From an uncultured Clostridia bacterium (lineage in GTDB: Bacteria; Bacillota; Clostridia; TANB77; CAG-508): a stretch of 63,300 nt of DNA. The position numbers were made by a program, and so were the translations under genes. The notes below the pieces were generated by a model. That model was not told the origin of the DNA, ran no database searches, and saw nothing but the letters and a program-made list of their open reading frames with translations. Numbering within the stretch: position 1 is the stretch's first letter; each line of letters begins with the position of its first letter. Location of the stretch: contig CALYAJ010000001.1 in the NCBI GenBank assembly GCA_944393485.1, positions 1-63,300 on the forward strand, given 5' to 3'. Of the stretch, positions 1 through 8,753 are shown one piece after another.

Positions 1-74
1 TTCTCTATGTGGTTGGCGATATCTACCTCCACTACGGACTTTCACCGATTAGCTAAACGACATGCCTGTCGCAC
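1..74 (-). mobile_element. 5' end of a group II intron (class C/IIC-like), truncated by the window edge
   Basis: The minus strand reads ...TTTTCATATAAT|GTGCGACAGGCATGTCGTTTAGCTAATCGGTGAAAGTCCGTAGTGGAGG. This gives the GUGYG 5' splice consensus followed by a GGTGA(A/G)AGTCC domain-I-like motif. The segment is about 49% G+C in a very AT-rich window. It begins 12 nt after the adhE terminator hairpin, which is the typical IIC insertion context. Confidence 0.55.
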
Positions 75-82
75 ATTATATG

Positions 83-120
83 AAAAAGTCCTAGCAATTT
101 AACATTGCTAGGACTTTTTA
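83..120 (-). terminator. intrinsic terminator downstream of adhE (bidirectional hairpin)
   Basis: Perfect 12-bp stem AGTCCTAGCAAT/ATTGCTAGGACT (87-98/104-115) with a 5-nt loop, an A-run on one side and a T-run on the other. Confidence 0.8.
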
Positions 121-130
121 TTTTTGTTTC

Positions 131-165
131 GATAGGGATTTTAGGACCGCCCCCATTTCCCTATC
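131..165 (-). other. hairpin with GC-rich loop in the adhE 3' UTR
   Basis: 8-bp stem GATAGGGA/TCCCTATC (131-138/158-165) encloses the 19-nt loop TTTTAGGACCGCCCCCATT. It directly abuts the adhE stop codon (167-169). Confidence 0.4.
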
Positions 166-166
166 T

Positions 167-2764
167 TTATTTTCCATAATAACTGTCTAATAGAATTTGT
201 TTTATTTCTTTTACTAATGGTAATCTTGGATTTGCAGGTGTACATTGATCTTCAAATGCTCTATCTGCTAATTCATCTACATTGTCTAAAAATTCTTTTT
301 CGTCTACTCCTGCTTCCTTAAATGATACAGGAATATTTATATCTTTATTCATTTTTCTAATAGCTTCTGCTAATGAATGTACTCCCTCTTCTACTGTGTC
401 AGCTTTTAATCCAACCATTTTTGCAATTTTAGCATATTTTTCGTCTGCTATATAATATTCATATTTTGGGAATGATGTAAATTTAGTTGGTTTACTTCCA
501 TTATATTCTACAACATATGGTAATAAAATTGCATTAATTCTACCATGTGGTAAATGGAATTTTGCTCCTAATTTATGTGCCATAGAGTGACATATTCCTA
601 AAAATGCATTTGAAAATGCCATACCTGCCATTGTACTTGCATTATGCATTCTTTCTCTTGCATATTTATTATCTCCATGGTTATATGCTTCTTCTAAGTT
701 TTCAAATACTAATTTTGTTGCTTTTTCTGCTAATGCATCTGTATAATCTGTTGCCATATTTGATACATATGCTTCTAATGCATGTGTTAAAACATCCATT
801 CCTGTATCTGCTGTTAAAGATTTTGGAAGTGTTGATACAAAATCTGGATCTACTATTGCAACATTTGGTGTTAATTCATATGCTGTTAATGGATATTTTT
901 TACCTTCTTTTTTATCTGTTATAACTGCAAACGATGTAACTTCAGAACCTGTTCCAGATGTTGTAGGAATTGCTACCATTTGACATTTCTTTCCTAGTTC
1001 TGGAATTTCATATGTACGTTTTCTTATATCCATAAATTTTAATTTTAATCCATCTAAATCTACATCAGGAACTTCATATAATAGCCACATCCCTTTTGCA
1101 GCATCCATTGCAGATCCTCCACCTAATGCAATAATTACATCTGGCTCAAATTTTCTCATAGCTTCAACACCTTTTTTAACTGTGTCAAATGATGGATCTG
1201 GCTCTACATCAAAGAATATTTCAGAATGTACATAATCTTGTCTTTTTCTTAAATGATATAAAACTTTATCAACATAACCAAGTTTAACCATTGATTCATC
1301 TGTTACTATAAAAGCTCTTGAAATATCTCTCATATCTTCAAGATATTTTATTGCTCCCGCTTCAAAATATATTTTCTTTGGAACTTTAAACCATTGCATA
1401 TTAACTCTCCTTCTTCCCATCTTTTTAACATTTAATAAATTTTTAGCAGATACATTATCTGTTGTAGAGTTTCCTCCAAATGTACCACAACCTAGTGTAA
1501 GTGATGGTGTAAATGAATTATATATATCACCAATTCCACCATGAGAAGATGGTTGATTTACAATGATTCTACTAGCCTTTACTCTTTTACCATATTCTTT
1601 AATTATTTCTGTATTTTCAGAATGGATTACTGCGGAATGTCCTAGTCCTCCATTTTCTAGTAGTTTTTCTGCTTTTTCTATTCCCTCTTTGCTATCTTTT
1701 ACAATATAGTAAGCAAGTACTGGGCTTAATTTTTCTTTAGAGAATGGGAATTCTGGTCCCACTCCTTCTTCATATACTACTAAAACCTTTGTATCTTCTG
1801 GAACTTCAAATCCTGCTTGTTTTGCAATACTATATGGACTTTGTCCTGGTATTTTAGATTGCAAAGCATATCCTTTTTCTTTATTAAACATTACTTCTTT
1901 TAATTTTTCTTTTTCTTCTGGAGATACAAAATAACATCCAGCATTTTTCATTAATTCTTCAAATTCTTTATAAATTGCTTCATCTACTATTACTGATTGT
2001 TCTGAAGCACAAATCATTCCATTATCAAAAGATTTAGATAATACTAAATCATTTACAGATGTTTTTAATTTAGCTGATTTTTCTATATAGCATGGTACAT
2101 TCCCTGGTCCTACACCTAATGCTGGCTTTCCAGATGAATATGCAGCTTTAACCATTCCAGTTCCACCTGTAGCTAATATTAAGTCTACATCTGGATGTGT
2201 CATTAATGCATGTGTTGCATCCATTGATGGTTCTTCTATCCATAAAATACAATCTTTTGGAGCTCCTGCTTTAACTGCTGCATCTCTTAATATTTCTGCA
2301 GCTCTTTTACTACATTGTTGTGCAGATGGGTGGAATCCAAATATTATTACATTTCTTGTTTTTGCAGAAATTATTGATTTAAACATAACTGTTGATGTTG
2401 GATTTGTTACTGGTGTTACACCTGCAATAATTCCAATTGGTTCTGCAATTTTTATATAATCATCTTCTTCATTTTCTTCTATTATACCAACAGTTTTTTC
2501 ATTTTTAATGCTATTATATATATAATCTGTTGCAAACATGTTTTTTATAATTTTATCTTCGTAAATCCCTCTTCCAGTTTCTTCTACTGCAAGTTTTGCA
2601 AGTTCCATATGATGTTCCAAGCCCGCCATAGACATGGCTTTTATAATTTTATCTACTTGCTCTTGATTTAGTTTCATATATTCTTTTGAAGCTTTTTTTG
2701 CTCTTTCTACTAAATCATTAATCATTTTCTCTACTTTATTGCTATCATTTTTTGTTTCAGCCAT
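167..2764 (-). CDS. adhE: bifunctional acetaldehyde-CoA/alcohol dehydrogenase
   Basis: 865 aa. The N-terminal half looks like an aldehyde dehydrogenase and the C-terminal half like an iron-type alcohol dehydrogenase (GGGSAMDAAK, HSMAHKLG). A GGAGG RBS lies upstream of the ATG. Confidence 0.95.
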   Translation of the reverse strand: MAETKNDSNKVEKMINDLVERAKKASKEYMKLNQEQVDKIIKAMSMAGLEHHMELAKLAVEETGRGIYEDKIIKNMFATDYIYNSIKNEKTVGIIEENEEDDYIKIAEPIGIIAGVTPVTNPTSTVMFKSIISAKTRNVIIFGFHPSAQQCSKRAAEILRDAAVKAGAPKDCILWIEEPSMDATHALMTHPDVDLILATGGTGMVKAAYSSGKPALGVGPGNVPCYIEKSAKLKTSVNDLVLSKSFDNGMICASEQSVIVDEAIYKEFEELMKNAGCYFVSPEEKEKLKEVMFNKEKGYALQSKIPGQSPYSIAKQAGFEVPEDTKVLVVYEEGVGPEFPFSKEKLSPVLAYYIVKDSKEGIEKAEKLLENGGLGHSAVIHSENTEIIKEYGKRVKASRIIVNQPSSHGGIGDIYNSFTPSLTLGCGTFGGNSTTDNVSAKNLLNVKKMGRRRVNMQWFKVPKKIYFEAGAIKYLEDMRDISRAFIVTDESMVKLGYVDKVLYHLRKRQDYVHSEIFFDVEPDPSFDTVKKGVEAMRKFEPDVIIALGGGSAMDAAKGMWLLYEVPDVDLDGLKLKFMDIRKRTYEIPELGKKCQMVAIPTTSGTGSEVTSFAVITDKKEGKKYPLTAYELTPNVAIVDPDFVSTLPKSLTADTGMDVLTHALEAYVSNMATDYTDALAEKATKLVFENLEEAYNHGDNKYARERMHNASTMAGMAFSNAFLGICHSMAHKLGAKFHLPHGRINAILLPYVVEYNGSKPTKFTSFPKYEYYIADEKYAKIAKMVGLKADTVEEGVHSLAEAIRKMNKDINIPVSFKEAGVDEKEFLDNVDELADRAFEDQCTPANPRLPLVKEIKQILLDSYYGK

Positions 2765-2875
2765 AAATATGCCTCCTTAAAATATATTCATACAATTTTA
2801 ATAATATCTTATTAAAATTGTAAAGTCAATAGAAAGAATCTATTTTTATGTGACAATATTTGCTATTTTTCATAG

Positions 2876-2907
2876 CACAAAAAAGAGAAGATTTTTAATC
2901 TTCTCTT
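2876..2907 (-). terminator. intrinsic terminator overlapping the stop of the 341-aa gene
   Basis: Stem AAGAGAAGAT/ATCTTCTCTT (2883-2892/2898-2907). The stop codon lies in the loop. The minus strand continues with TTTTTTGTG. Confidence 0.6.
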
Positions 2908-3920
2908 CCATCACCTTCCGGTGGATTAGGATTATTTAATAAGTCTGTATTTTGTACAATATCCGCTATTTGCTGAACAGCTTGTTTTCCTGCATCTCTT
3001 TGCACTTTTGCTAATTTTTCCCTTTGAATTCTATCTTTTTCCTCTCTTAATTCTCTTTCTATTTCTTGTTTTACCTCTTCTGAAGATTCTTTTTCAACAT
3101 ATCTTAAGAAAAATTTTTCTTGAGCCTGTTCTATTGTTATTTCTGAATCCTTTTTATTTTTTGTAACAAAATCAGTTAATTCATCTAATTCACCTAATGG
3201 TGATGCATCTATAAATTTAGTAATCCTCATATTTATTCCGCTTTGCCTATAATTTGCTATAACTTTTTTAGCAGCGATGGCAACTAATTTTCTATTTATT
3301 GCTTGAGCTTGTTGTCTTCTTTTTTCGATTATAGCTCTTTGTTCTTCCAAAGATAAATCCTCTTCTGAATCTTTGTTTTCTTTAGTGACTGGCATATCTA
3401 GTAACTCCTGTATTCTTGATTTAGCTACATCTATATATCTTAATGTTTTCCAATCATTTGCATAATTAACCATTCTATAAATACCATTTATAGATTTCTC
3501 TAATTCTTGGAAATTCATGTTATTTAATCTTACTTCTTGATTTGTAATTACTCTTCTTACAATATCATAGCTATCCTCTTTTGGTAATTCGTCAATAAAA
3601 TCTTTTCCAGCCTGTTTTAATAAGGTTTCCGAATCTATTGTTTTGGCAATTGCAGTTTTTTGTGGGCCTGTTAATTTACTTCCTATATCTGTTTCTGTTA
3701 ATATTTCAAGTTGTTTTTCTGATTCTTCAATCTGTTCTAATGCTTTTGCCACAGTTGCTTTTTCTTCAGTATCGCCTTTTACTACAGCCCTTTCTTTCTT
3801 GGCAATAAAATCCAATAGTTCCTCATCTGTCATCGCTTTAAATTTAGCTACTAATTTTTTATTTCTCGAATCTGTCATTTTTGTTTCTATCTTATCTTTT
3901 ATGTATTTTATTATTCCCAT
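2895..3920 (-). CDS. hypothetical charged coiled-coil protein (341 aa)
   Basis: Long ORF with an AAAGGA RBS. The protein is Lys/Glu-rich and helical with no TM segment. I recognise no family. Confidence 0.65.
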   Translation of the reverse strand: MGIIKYIKDKIETKMTDSRNKKLVAKFKAMTDEELLDFIAKKERAVVKGDTEEKATVAKALEQIEESEKQLEILTETDIGSKLTGPQKTAIAKTIDSETLLKQAGKDFIDELPKEDSYDIVRRVITNQEVRLNNMNFQELEKSINGIYRMVNYANDWKTLRYIDVAKSRIQELLDMPVTKENKDSEEDLSLEEQRAIIEKRRQQAQAINRKLVAIAAKKVIANYRQSGINMRITKFIDASPLGELDELTDFVTKNKKDSEITIEQAQEKFFLRYVEKESSEEVKQEIERELREEKDRIQREKLAKVQRDAGKQAVQQIADIVQNTDLLNNPNPPEGDGRED

Positions 3921-4046
3921 TCAAATTATCCTTTCTGCATAAATATTAATTGTATTTATATATTTTACTTTATTTTTACCATAAAGTAAAGCCTAACTAT
4001 TAGCTTTCACAAAACTTTAGTTAGGCTTTATTAATTTTATATTAAA

Positions 4047-5039
4047 TTATAAATATTTTTGAGGATTTATGGTTTTTCCATTTTTTCTTATTTCAAAATG
4101 TAAATGAGGTCCTGTTGAATTTCCTGTAGAACCTACTGCTGCAATTTTAGTACCTGCAGAAACTCTTTGACCTTTTTTTGCATATAATTTACTACAATGT
4201 GCATACCACATTTCGTAACCATTATCACATTTTATTTTTATCATATATCCATAGGCTCCATTATAACCTGCAAATGTTACTTTTCCTGTTGCAGCTGCTT
4301 TTATTGTAGTTCCTTTAGGTGCTGCTAAGTCTATACCAGTATGTGTACTAGAACGAATACTACTTCTTTCTCCATATCTTGATGTAACAGTTCCTCCTGA
4401 AATAGGTCTTACTGCGACAACCACTTTTTTAGCTTTCTTAGCTTTTTCTTCCTTCTCTTTCTTTTCTTTTTCCTCTAATTTTTTTAATTTAACATCTAAA
4501 TTATCTTCTTTAAGTTTTGCAATAGCTTTTTTAGTATCTAAAGTTTTTATTTTTTCTTTTTCAAATACTTGTTTTACTCCAATTTCAACAGTCATTTTAT
4601 CTTCATATTCTTTTTGTAAGTCTTCTGCAATTTTATCTGCTTCTTCTTCTGTATCAACATATGTTTGTATTTTATCATCTATTGTTATACCATATGCTGT
4701 ATATGTTGTAGAAATATTTTCTTTTAATTTACTTATAACTTCTTCCTCATTTTGTTCTTTATTACTTACAAATTTTAATTCATAGACTGGTTCTATTTCT
4801 AAGTTTTTAAAAGCTACTCCATCCTCTTTATTTTCAAGAATCTTATTTATTTCATTTTGAATTTCATTCTTACTTCTAACATAACCTAATTCTTCACCAT
4901 CAGCAGTAACTTTATATAATGCATTATATTTAAATAATACAACCATTAAAAAAAGTAATGCTATTGATAAATATCTAGCTATTTTTATAATTTCTTTTGT
5001 GTGTTTTCCGGTTTCTTCTTCGTTTAAAATATTCTTCAC
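4047..5039 (-). CDS. M23/LytM family metallopeptidase, membrane-anchored
   Basis: N-terminal TM segment, a Lys/Glu-rich linker, and a C-terminal HTGIDLAAPKGT...GSTGNSTGPHLHFEI motif typical of M23 peptidases. The listed start is a GTG placed very close to the SD, so the start is uncertain. Confidence 0.85.
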   Translation of the reverse strand: MKNILNEEETGKHTKEIIKIARYLSIALLFLMVVLFKYNALYKVTADGEELGYVRSKNEIQNEINKILENKEDGVAFKNLEIEPVYELKFVSNKEQNEEEVISKLKENISTTYTAYGITIDDKIQTYVDTEEEADKIAEDLQKEYEDKMTVEIGVKQVFEKEKIKTLDTKKAIAKLKEDNLDVKLKKLEEKEKKEKEEKAKKAKKVVVAVRPISGGTVTSRYGERSSIRSSTHTGIDLAAPKGTTIKAAATGKVTFAGYNGAYGYMIKIKCDNGYEMWYAHCSKLYAKKGQRVSAGTKIAAVGSTGNSTGPHLHFEIRKNGKTINPQKYL

Positions 5040-5294
5040 TCTCCTTTAATTTCTACACACACGTATTAATTATTATACTATATATTTTATGTTTTTTCAA
5101 TCTTTCTATACATTAAATTCCTATTTCTTCATATTTTTTCAATTTTAAACACTAAATATTAAGATTTTCCATATATTTATCTCTTTTTATCGCCTTTTTC
5201 CTCGTTTTTCCAGCTTTTTTCATTTTTGAAAGCTTCGTTTTTTTCTTTAAATACGCAATCTAATCTTTGTTCTCGCCAATTCAAGTTTCAGATT

Positions 5295-5336
5295 AAAATA
5301 AGAAAAAAGACAAGCTTAAAATTATAAGTTTGTCTT
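5295..5336 (-). terminator. intrinsic terminator after the DUF2207 gene
   Basis: 12-bp stem AAGACAAGCTTA/TAAGTTTGTCTT (one mismatch), followed on the minus strand by TTTTCTTATTTT. Confidence 0.6.
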
Positions 5337-5356
5337 TTGAATTATTCGTTTTATTT

Positions 5357-7264
5357 TTATCTGCCTCCCATTCCGGCCACCGGCCACCTCCGGCCTCCGC
5401 CTCCTGAAGAGAAGCTTCCTCCTCCACCTCCATAATTCGAAGATGAATGGAAGTTTATTGTATATGTATGAATACTAATATTATGTGTTGTCATTCCATG
5501 TGTAAAGTTTATAAAATTACAATTACTACGTACATATATTGGATTACATACCATATTTAATATAGTACTTGTATTTCCATTAATATCCCAATATTTTTCT
5601 GTAAATAAATCTGGATATTTTGCTTTTAAACTATTAACCACCTGTTTTGATATTCCCAGTGCAGTAGCAAAAACCAAATATTTTTCCCATAATTTTATAT
5701 CAAAAACATCTTTTTCTTCTATTAATGAATAATCTTTTAAATAATTCTTCAAACCATTCCACTCTTCGGCTTCATATGCACCAGTTTGTGTTAATTTAAA
5801 TAATTTATTAGCTTTATTTCTTACTTTTGAAATAATTACCATTTCTATAATAAATAATGGAATCGTAATATATAATAATAAATTTACAAATTGTATTGCA
5901 AAAGGTACTATAAGTGCAAATAGAAATCCATAATATAATACACTTTCTTTTTTTACATTTCTTCTTAGAGCTTCTTCATTTCTTTCTATTAAATTTTCCT
6001 TTTTTAGGTTATATTCTACACTATCAATTATTGATTCTACATATTCTTTAAATTCTCTAGAATGTTTTTTAGAAAATTTATTTAATTCTTTTATATTAAT
6101 TTCATTAGCCCCTAATGCTACTTTGTTTATAATTTCTAATACTATTTTTTCATCTTCTTTTAAATTTTCTGGCAATTTTAGAATCTTTACAAACATCTCT
6201 CCATTTTTCTCTTGAATATCTAAATAACCTTTTACAGATAAGTTTAAAATATATGCTGCAATAATAGATGTGTTTTTGTCTTTTCCTGCAAACATATTAT
6301 ATAAATATATTGCCTCTCCTGGAGTTGCAGTATTTTCTCTTGGAATTTCTCTAAAGTACTCTATTCCTTTATAATTTATTCCGTCATTATCTTCGTTTCC
6401 AAAATATGAATATTTTATTATTTTAAATAATCCATATAACAAAATTATTCCTTCTATAACCAAAATTGCTATATTAACCATGTTCCAAAAGTTCTTTTCA
6501 TTATCTGTCTCTATTGCCAAAAGATTTTCCTCTTCTAATAAGTCATTTAAAACAGTTCTATCTTCTACTTTTAAAGTATTAAATATTTTATCGGTTACAA
6601 CTGTTCTAATCTCTAACATCGTTCCCGAACTAAAATTGTTAATATTAAATTCTATAGTATCATTTGAAACTCTTTGAATTGTTCCATCAATAGGTCCATG
6701 TCCCCAAACTTTCAAATTATCTATATATGAAACTGGTTTATATAATTTTATATTTCCAGTTATCTTTTTACATGGTATACCATTTGATGTATCTAATAAT
6801 TTCCAATATAGTTCTTGGCAATCATTATATGATGTTATTACATTATTAACTTTGTATGATATTTGATATTTAAGATTTCCTTTTGTTGTATTTTTTCCTG
6901 TTCCCCATGCTATTTCAAAACTATCATAACCTGTTTGAAGTCCATAATATTGTCCTTCTGGTACATCTTGCATCTTTCTACTAATACTATTTAACTTATT
7001 ATTAGTAGTTAAATCTACTACTTCAGCATCACTTATTTGATATTCATTAAAATCATCAAACGTTCTAAATAATGTTCCTGTATTTTTTACATATATATCC
7101 CATGTTTCTATAACATTCATGCTTCCATCTTCATTTAATGTTATATTATAATTTAATTCATTCATCTTTTGAGATTTTGCAGTTTTAGTTTTTGGTAAAA
7201 TTGTTAGTACAGTAAAAAATGCAAGTAATGTAAAAAATACAATCAAATATTTCTTCCCATTCAA
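5357..7264 (-). CDS. DUF2207-like membrane protein with Gly-rich C-terminal tail
   Basis: 635 aa. It has a signal/TM segment, a large extracytoplasmic domain, central TM helices and a terminal GGGGGSFSSGGGG tail, all typical of the DUF2207 family. Confidence 0.75.
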   Translation of the reverse strand: MNGKKYLIVFFTLLAFFTVLTILPKTKTAKSQKMNELNYNITLNEDGSMNVIETWDIYVKNTGTLFRTFDDFNEYQISDAEVVDLTTNNKLNSISRKMQDVPEGQYYGLQTGYDSFEIAWGTGKNTTKGNLKYQISYKVNNVITSYNDCQELYWKLLDTSNGIPCKKITGNIKLYKPVSYIDNLKVWGHGPIDGTIQRVSNDTIEFNINNFSSGTMLEIRTVVTDKIFNTLKVEDRTVLNDLLEEENLLAIETDNEKNFWNMVNIAILVIEGIILLYGLFKIIKYSYFGNEDNDGINYKGIEYFREIPRENTATPGEAIYLYNMFAGKDKNTSIIAAYILNLSVKGYLDIQEKNGEMFVKILKLPENLKEDEKIVLEIINKVALGANEINIKELNKFSKKHSREFKEYVESIIDSVEYNLKKENLIERNEEALRRNVKKESVLYYGFLFALIVPFAIQFVNLLLYITIPLFIIEMVIISKVRNKANKLFKLTQTGAYEAEEWNGLKNYLKDYSLIEEKDVFDIKLWEKYLVFATALGISKQVVNSLKAKYPDLFTEKYWDINGNTSTILNMVCNPIYVRSNCNFINFTHGMTTHNISIHTYTINFHSSSNYGGGGGSFSSGGGGRRWPVAGMGGR

Positions 7265-7265
7265 T

Positions 7266-7940
7266 TTATTTTTGTCCTCCTACATAAAATAAACTTGCTA
7301 ATTTAGATACTGGCATTGATTGTATCCAAACTGTTCCTGGTCCTTCTAATGTGGTTAAAAATAGTCCTTCCCCACCAAAAACAATGTTTTTTACACCTTT
7401 TACTGTTTCTATATTTAGATCAACCTTGCTTGTCATTGCTGCTAAATGCCCATTATCTATTTTTAATTTTTCTCCTGTTTGTAATTCTTTCTTAACTAAA
7501 CTTCCATCAATTTCTAAAAATACTTTACCAGGTCCAGTCATTTTTTGCATTATAAATCCTTCTCCACCAAAAAATCCTGCACCTATTTTCTTTCTAAAAT
7601 GCATAGAAATATCTACAGTATTTTCCGCACATAAAAAAGCTCTTTTTTGTGCAATTATTGTTTCTCCTTCTTTTAAATTAAATTCTAATATTTCACCTGG
7701 AAAACATGATGCAAAAGCAATTTCTACATCATCTTTTTCTGCTGTATATGTATTCATAAAAATTGATTCCCCAGCTAATGCTCTTCCTAATCCTTTCATT
7801 ATTCCGCCATTTGTTGTAGTTTTCATTGTAATATCACTATCCATCCAGCTCATTCCACCGTTTTCTGTAAGTACTGTTTCACCAGCTTTTAATTTACAAA
7901 TAACTACTGGTAATTCTTCTCCGACTATTCTTGTTTCCAT
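7266..7940 (-). CDS. TIGR00266/AIM24 (DUF124) family protein
   Basis: 224 aa. Motifs GGMSWMD, GESIFMNTY and GGEGFIMQK match my recollection of this family. It is separated from the downstream DUF2207 gene by only 1 nt. Confidence 0.75.
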   Translation of the reverse strand: METRIVGEELPVVICKLKAGETVLTENGGMSWMDSDITMKTTTNGGIMKGLGRALAGESIFMNTYTAEKDDVEIAFASCFPGEILEFNLKEGETIIAQKRAFLCAENTVDISMHFRKKIGAGFFGGEGFIMQKMTGPGKVFLEIDGSLVKKELQTGEKLKIDNGHLAAMTSKVDLNIETVKGVKNIVFGGEGLFLTTLEGPGTVWIQSMPVSKLASLFYVGGQK

Positions 7941-8092
7941 ATTACTCCCCCTTATGATAATTTTATATTATTGTATCATACTAAAATTTATAACAAAACT
8001 AGAATTTAAAAAATTTTATATTTTGTATAATAACTCTATATTTTTAAAATTTTTTTGTGAAATAATATTTTAAATACTCTGGCATAGTACAC

Positions 8093-8120
8093 AAAAAAAA
8101 GATATAGCATAAGCTATATC
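8093..8120 (-). terminator. intrinsic terminator ending the spoVG transcript
   Basis: Perfect 8-bp stem GATATAGC/GCTATATC with a 4-nt loop, followed on the minus strand by T8. Confidence 0.7.
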
Positions 8121-8130
8121 TTAAATTTAT

Positions 8131-8233
8131 TGCTCCAAAAATCTAAAGATTTTTTCGGAGCAACAAGGTTAAGTTACCTTTGTTCGTGCGATTGCGAAGC
8201 AATCTGCACATGTGGCAAAGCCACTTTTCTTAT
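8131..8233 (+). repeat. structured intergenic repeat, copy A (forward orientation)
   Basis: Four consecutive hairpins: TTGCTCC..AAAAATC/GATTTTT..GGAGCAA, CAAGGT/ACCTTG, GATTGC/GCAATC and GTGGC/GCCAC. The sequence aligns with copies at 26090-26216, 61984-62074, 34447-34550 (reverse complement) and 47985-48140 (reverse complement). Confidence 0.7.
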
Positions 8234-8241
8234 AATTTATA

Positions 8242-8541
8242 TTATTCTGCTGATTCTTCAGATTCTTCGTTTTTTACTTCTTCATTATTATCAGGAGTTT
8301 CGTTATATTTTTCAATTATAGCGCTTTGAATTTTCTCCCTTGTTTCAGCATTAATTGGATGAGCTATATCCCTAAATTCGCCATTTTGAGCTTTTTTGCT
8401 AGGCATAGCAATAAATAATCCATCTTTCTCGATAACTTTAATGTCATGTACAACAAATTCGTTATCAAATGTTACAGAAGCTACTGCTTTCATTCTGTTT
8501 CCTGAATTTACTTTCTTTAAACGTACATCTGTGATTTGCAT
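8242..8541 (-). CDS. spoVG: septation/sporulation regulator SpoVG
   Basis: [11 protein letters not shown]...[18 protein letters not shown]...FIAMPS is a highly characteristic SpoVG sequence. I chose the ATG at 8541; the upstream TTG lies within the SD. Confidence 0.95.
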   Translation of the reverse strand: MQITDVRLKKVNSGNRMKAVASVTFDNEFVVHDIKVIEKDGLFIAMPSKKAQNGEFRDIAHPINAETREKIQSAIIEKYNETPDNNEEVKNEESEESAE

Positions 8542-8715
8542 TTGAGCACCGCCTTCCAAAGTTTTAAATATTTGTACATTTTTATATGTACACTTATATT
8601 ATTCGTCAAAAAAACTTTTTTTCCTTCTATTTTTTTAAATTTATTTATTTTTTAACAATTTTGAAATATTTATCATAAAATAGTAATAATTATATTGAAA
8701 AAAAAACATAATAAT

Positions 8716-8723
8716 TGTATAAT
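8716..8723 (+). promoter_or_regulatory. extended -10 promoter element upstream of murC
   Basis: TGTATAAT matches TGnTATAAT. It lies 31 nt upstream of the murC ATG, with a GGGAGGGG RBS in between. Confidence 0.4.
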
Positions 8724-8753
8724 CTTATGTGTTCACAATGGGAGGGGAACTTA

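Noticed and set aside
1-102. An open frame on the plus strand at the left edge (...FHRLAKRHACRTLYEKVLAI*), which could be the C-terminus of a CDS.
   Set aside because: Its stop codon lies inside the terminator stem. The segment is unusually GC-rich for coding DNA here. The opposite strand carries a GUGCG group II intron start directly after a terminator, which explains the sequence better.
5221-5295. A possible sixth, degenerate copy of the intergenic repeat (…CTTTGTTCTCGCCAATTCAAGTTTCAGATT resembles CTTTGTTCGTGCGATTGCGAAGCAATCTGC of copy A).
   Set aside because: The similarity is limited to about 30 nt with several mismatches, which is too weak to call without a statistical alignment.
7351-8073. 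A 240-aa plus-strand ORF. Similar antisense ORFs occur at 604-924, 3643-3942, 6480-6677, 11178-11402, 11991-12254, 16887-17150, 21682-21927, 27005-27229, 27976-28167, 30335-30604, 31871-32203, 32346-32681, 45046-45414, 53391-53630, 58491-58838, 60171-60398, 61141-61344, 61610-61990 and 62854-63162.
   Set aside because: All lie antisense within well-supported minus-strand genes. They translate to low-complexity Phe/Leu/Ile/Ser-rich strings, lack RBSs, and are the expected shadow ORFs of AT-rich coding DNA.
8124-8240. 7-nt direct repeats flanking the intergenic repeat copies (AATTTAT around A, TTTTTAT around B and C), read as target-site duplications that would prove transposition.
   Set aside because: The same or nearly the same heptamer recurs at different copies, so it may be part of the element or an AT-rich coincidence. 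I kept it as an observation within the repeat finding, not as proof of mobility.
8130-8321. A 63-aa plus-strand ORF with a Cys-rich start (CSCDCEAICTCGK).
   Set aside because: It starts at a TTG with no SD. Its first half coincides with the hairpins of repeat copy A, and its second half is antisense to spoVG.
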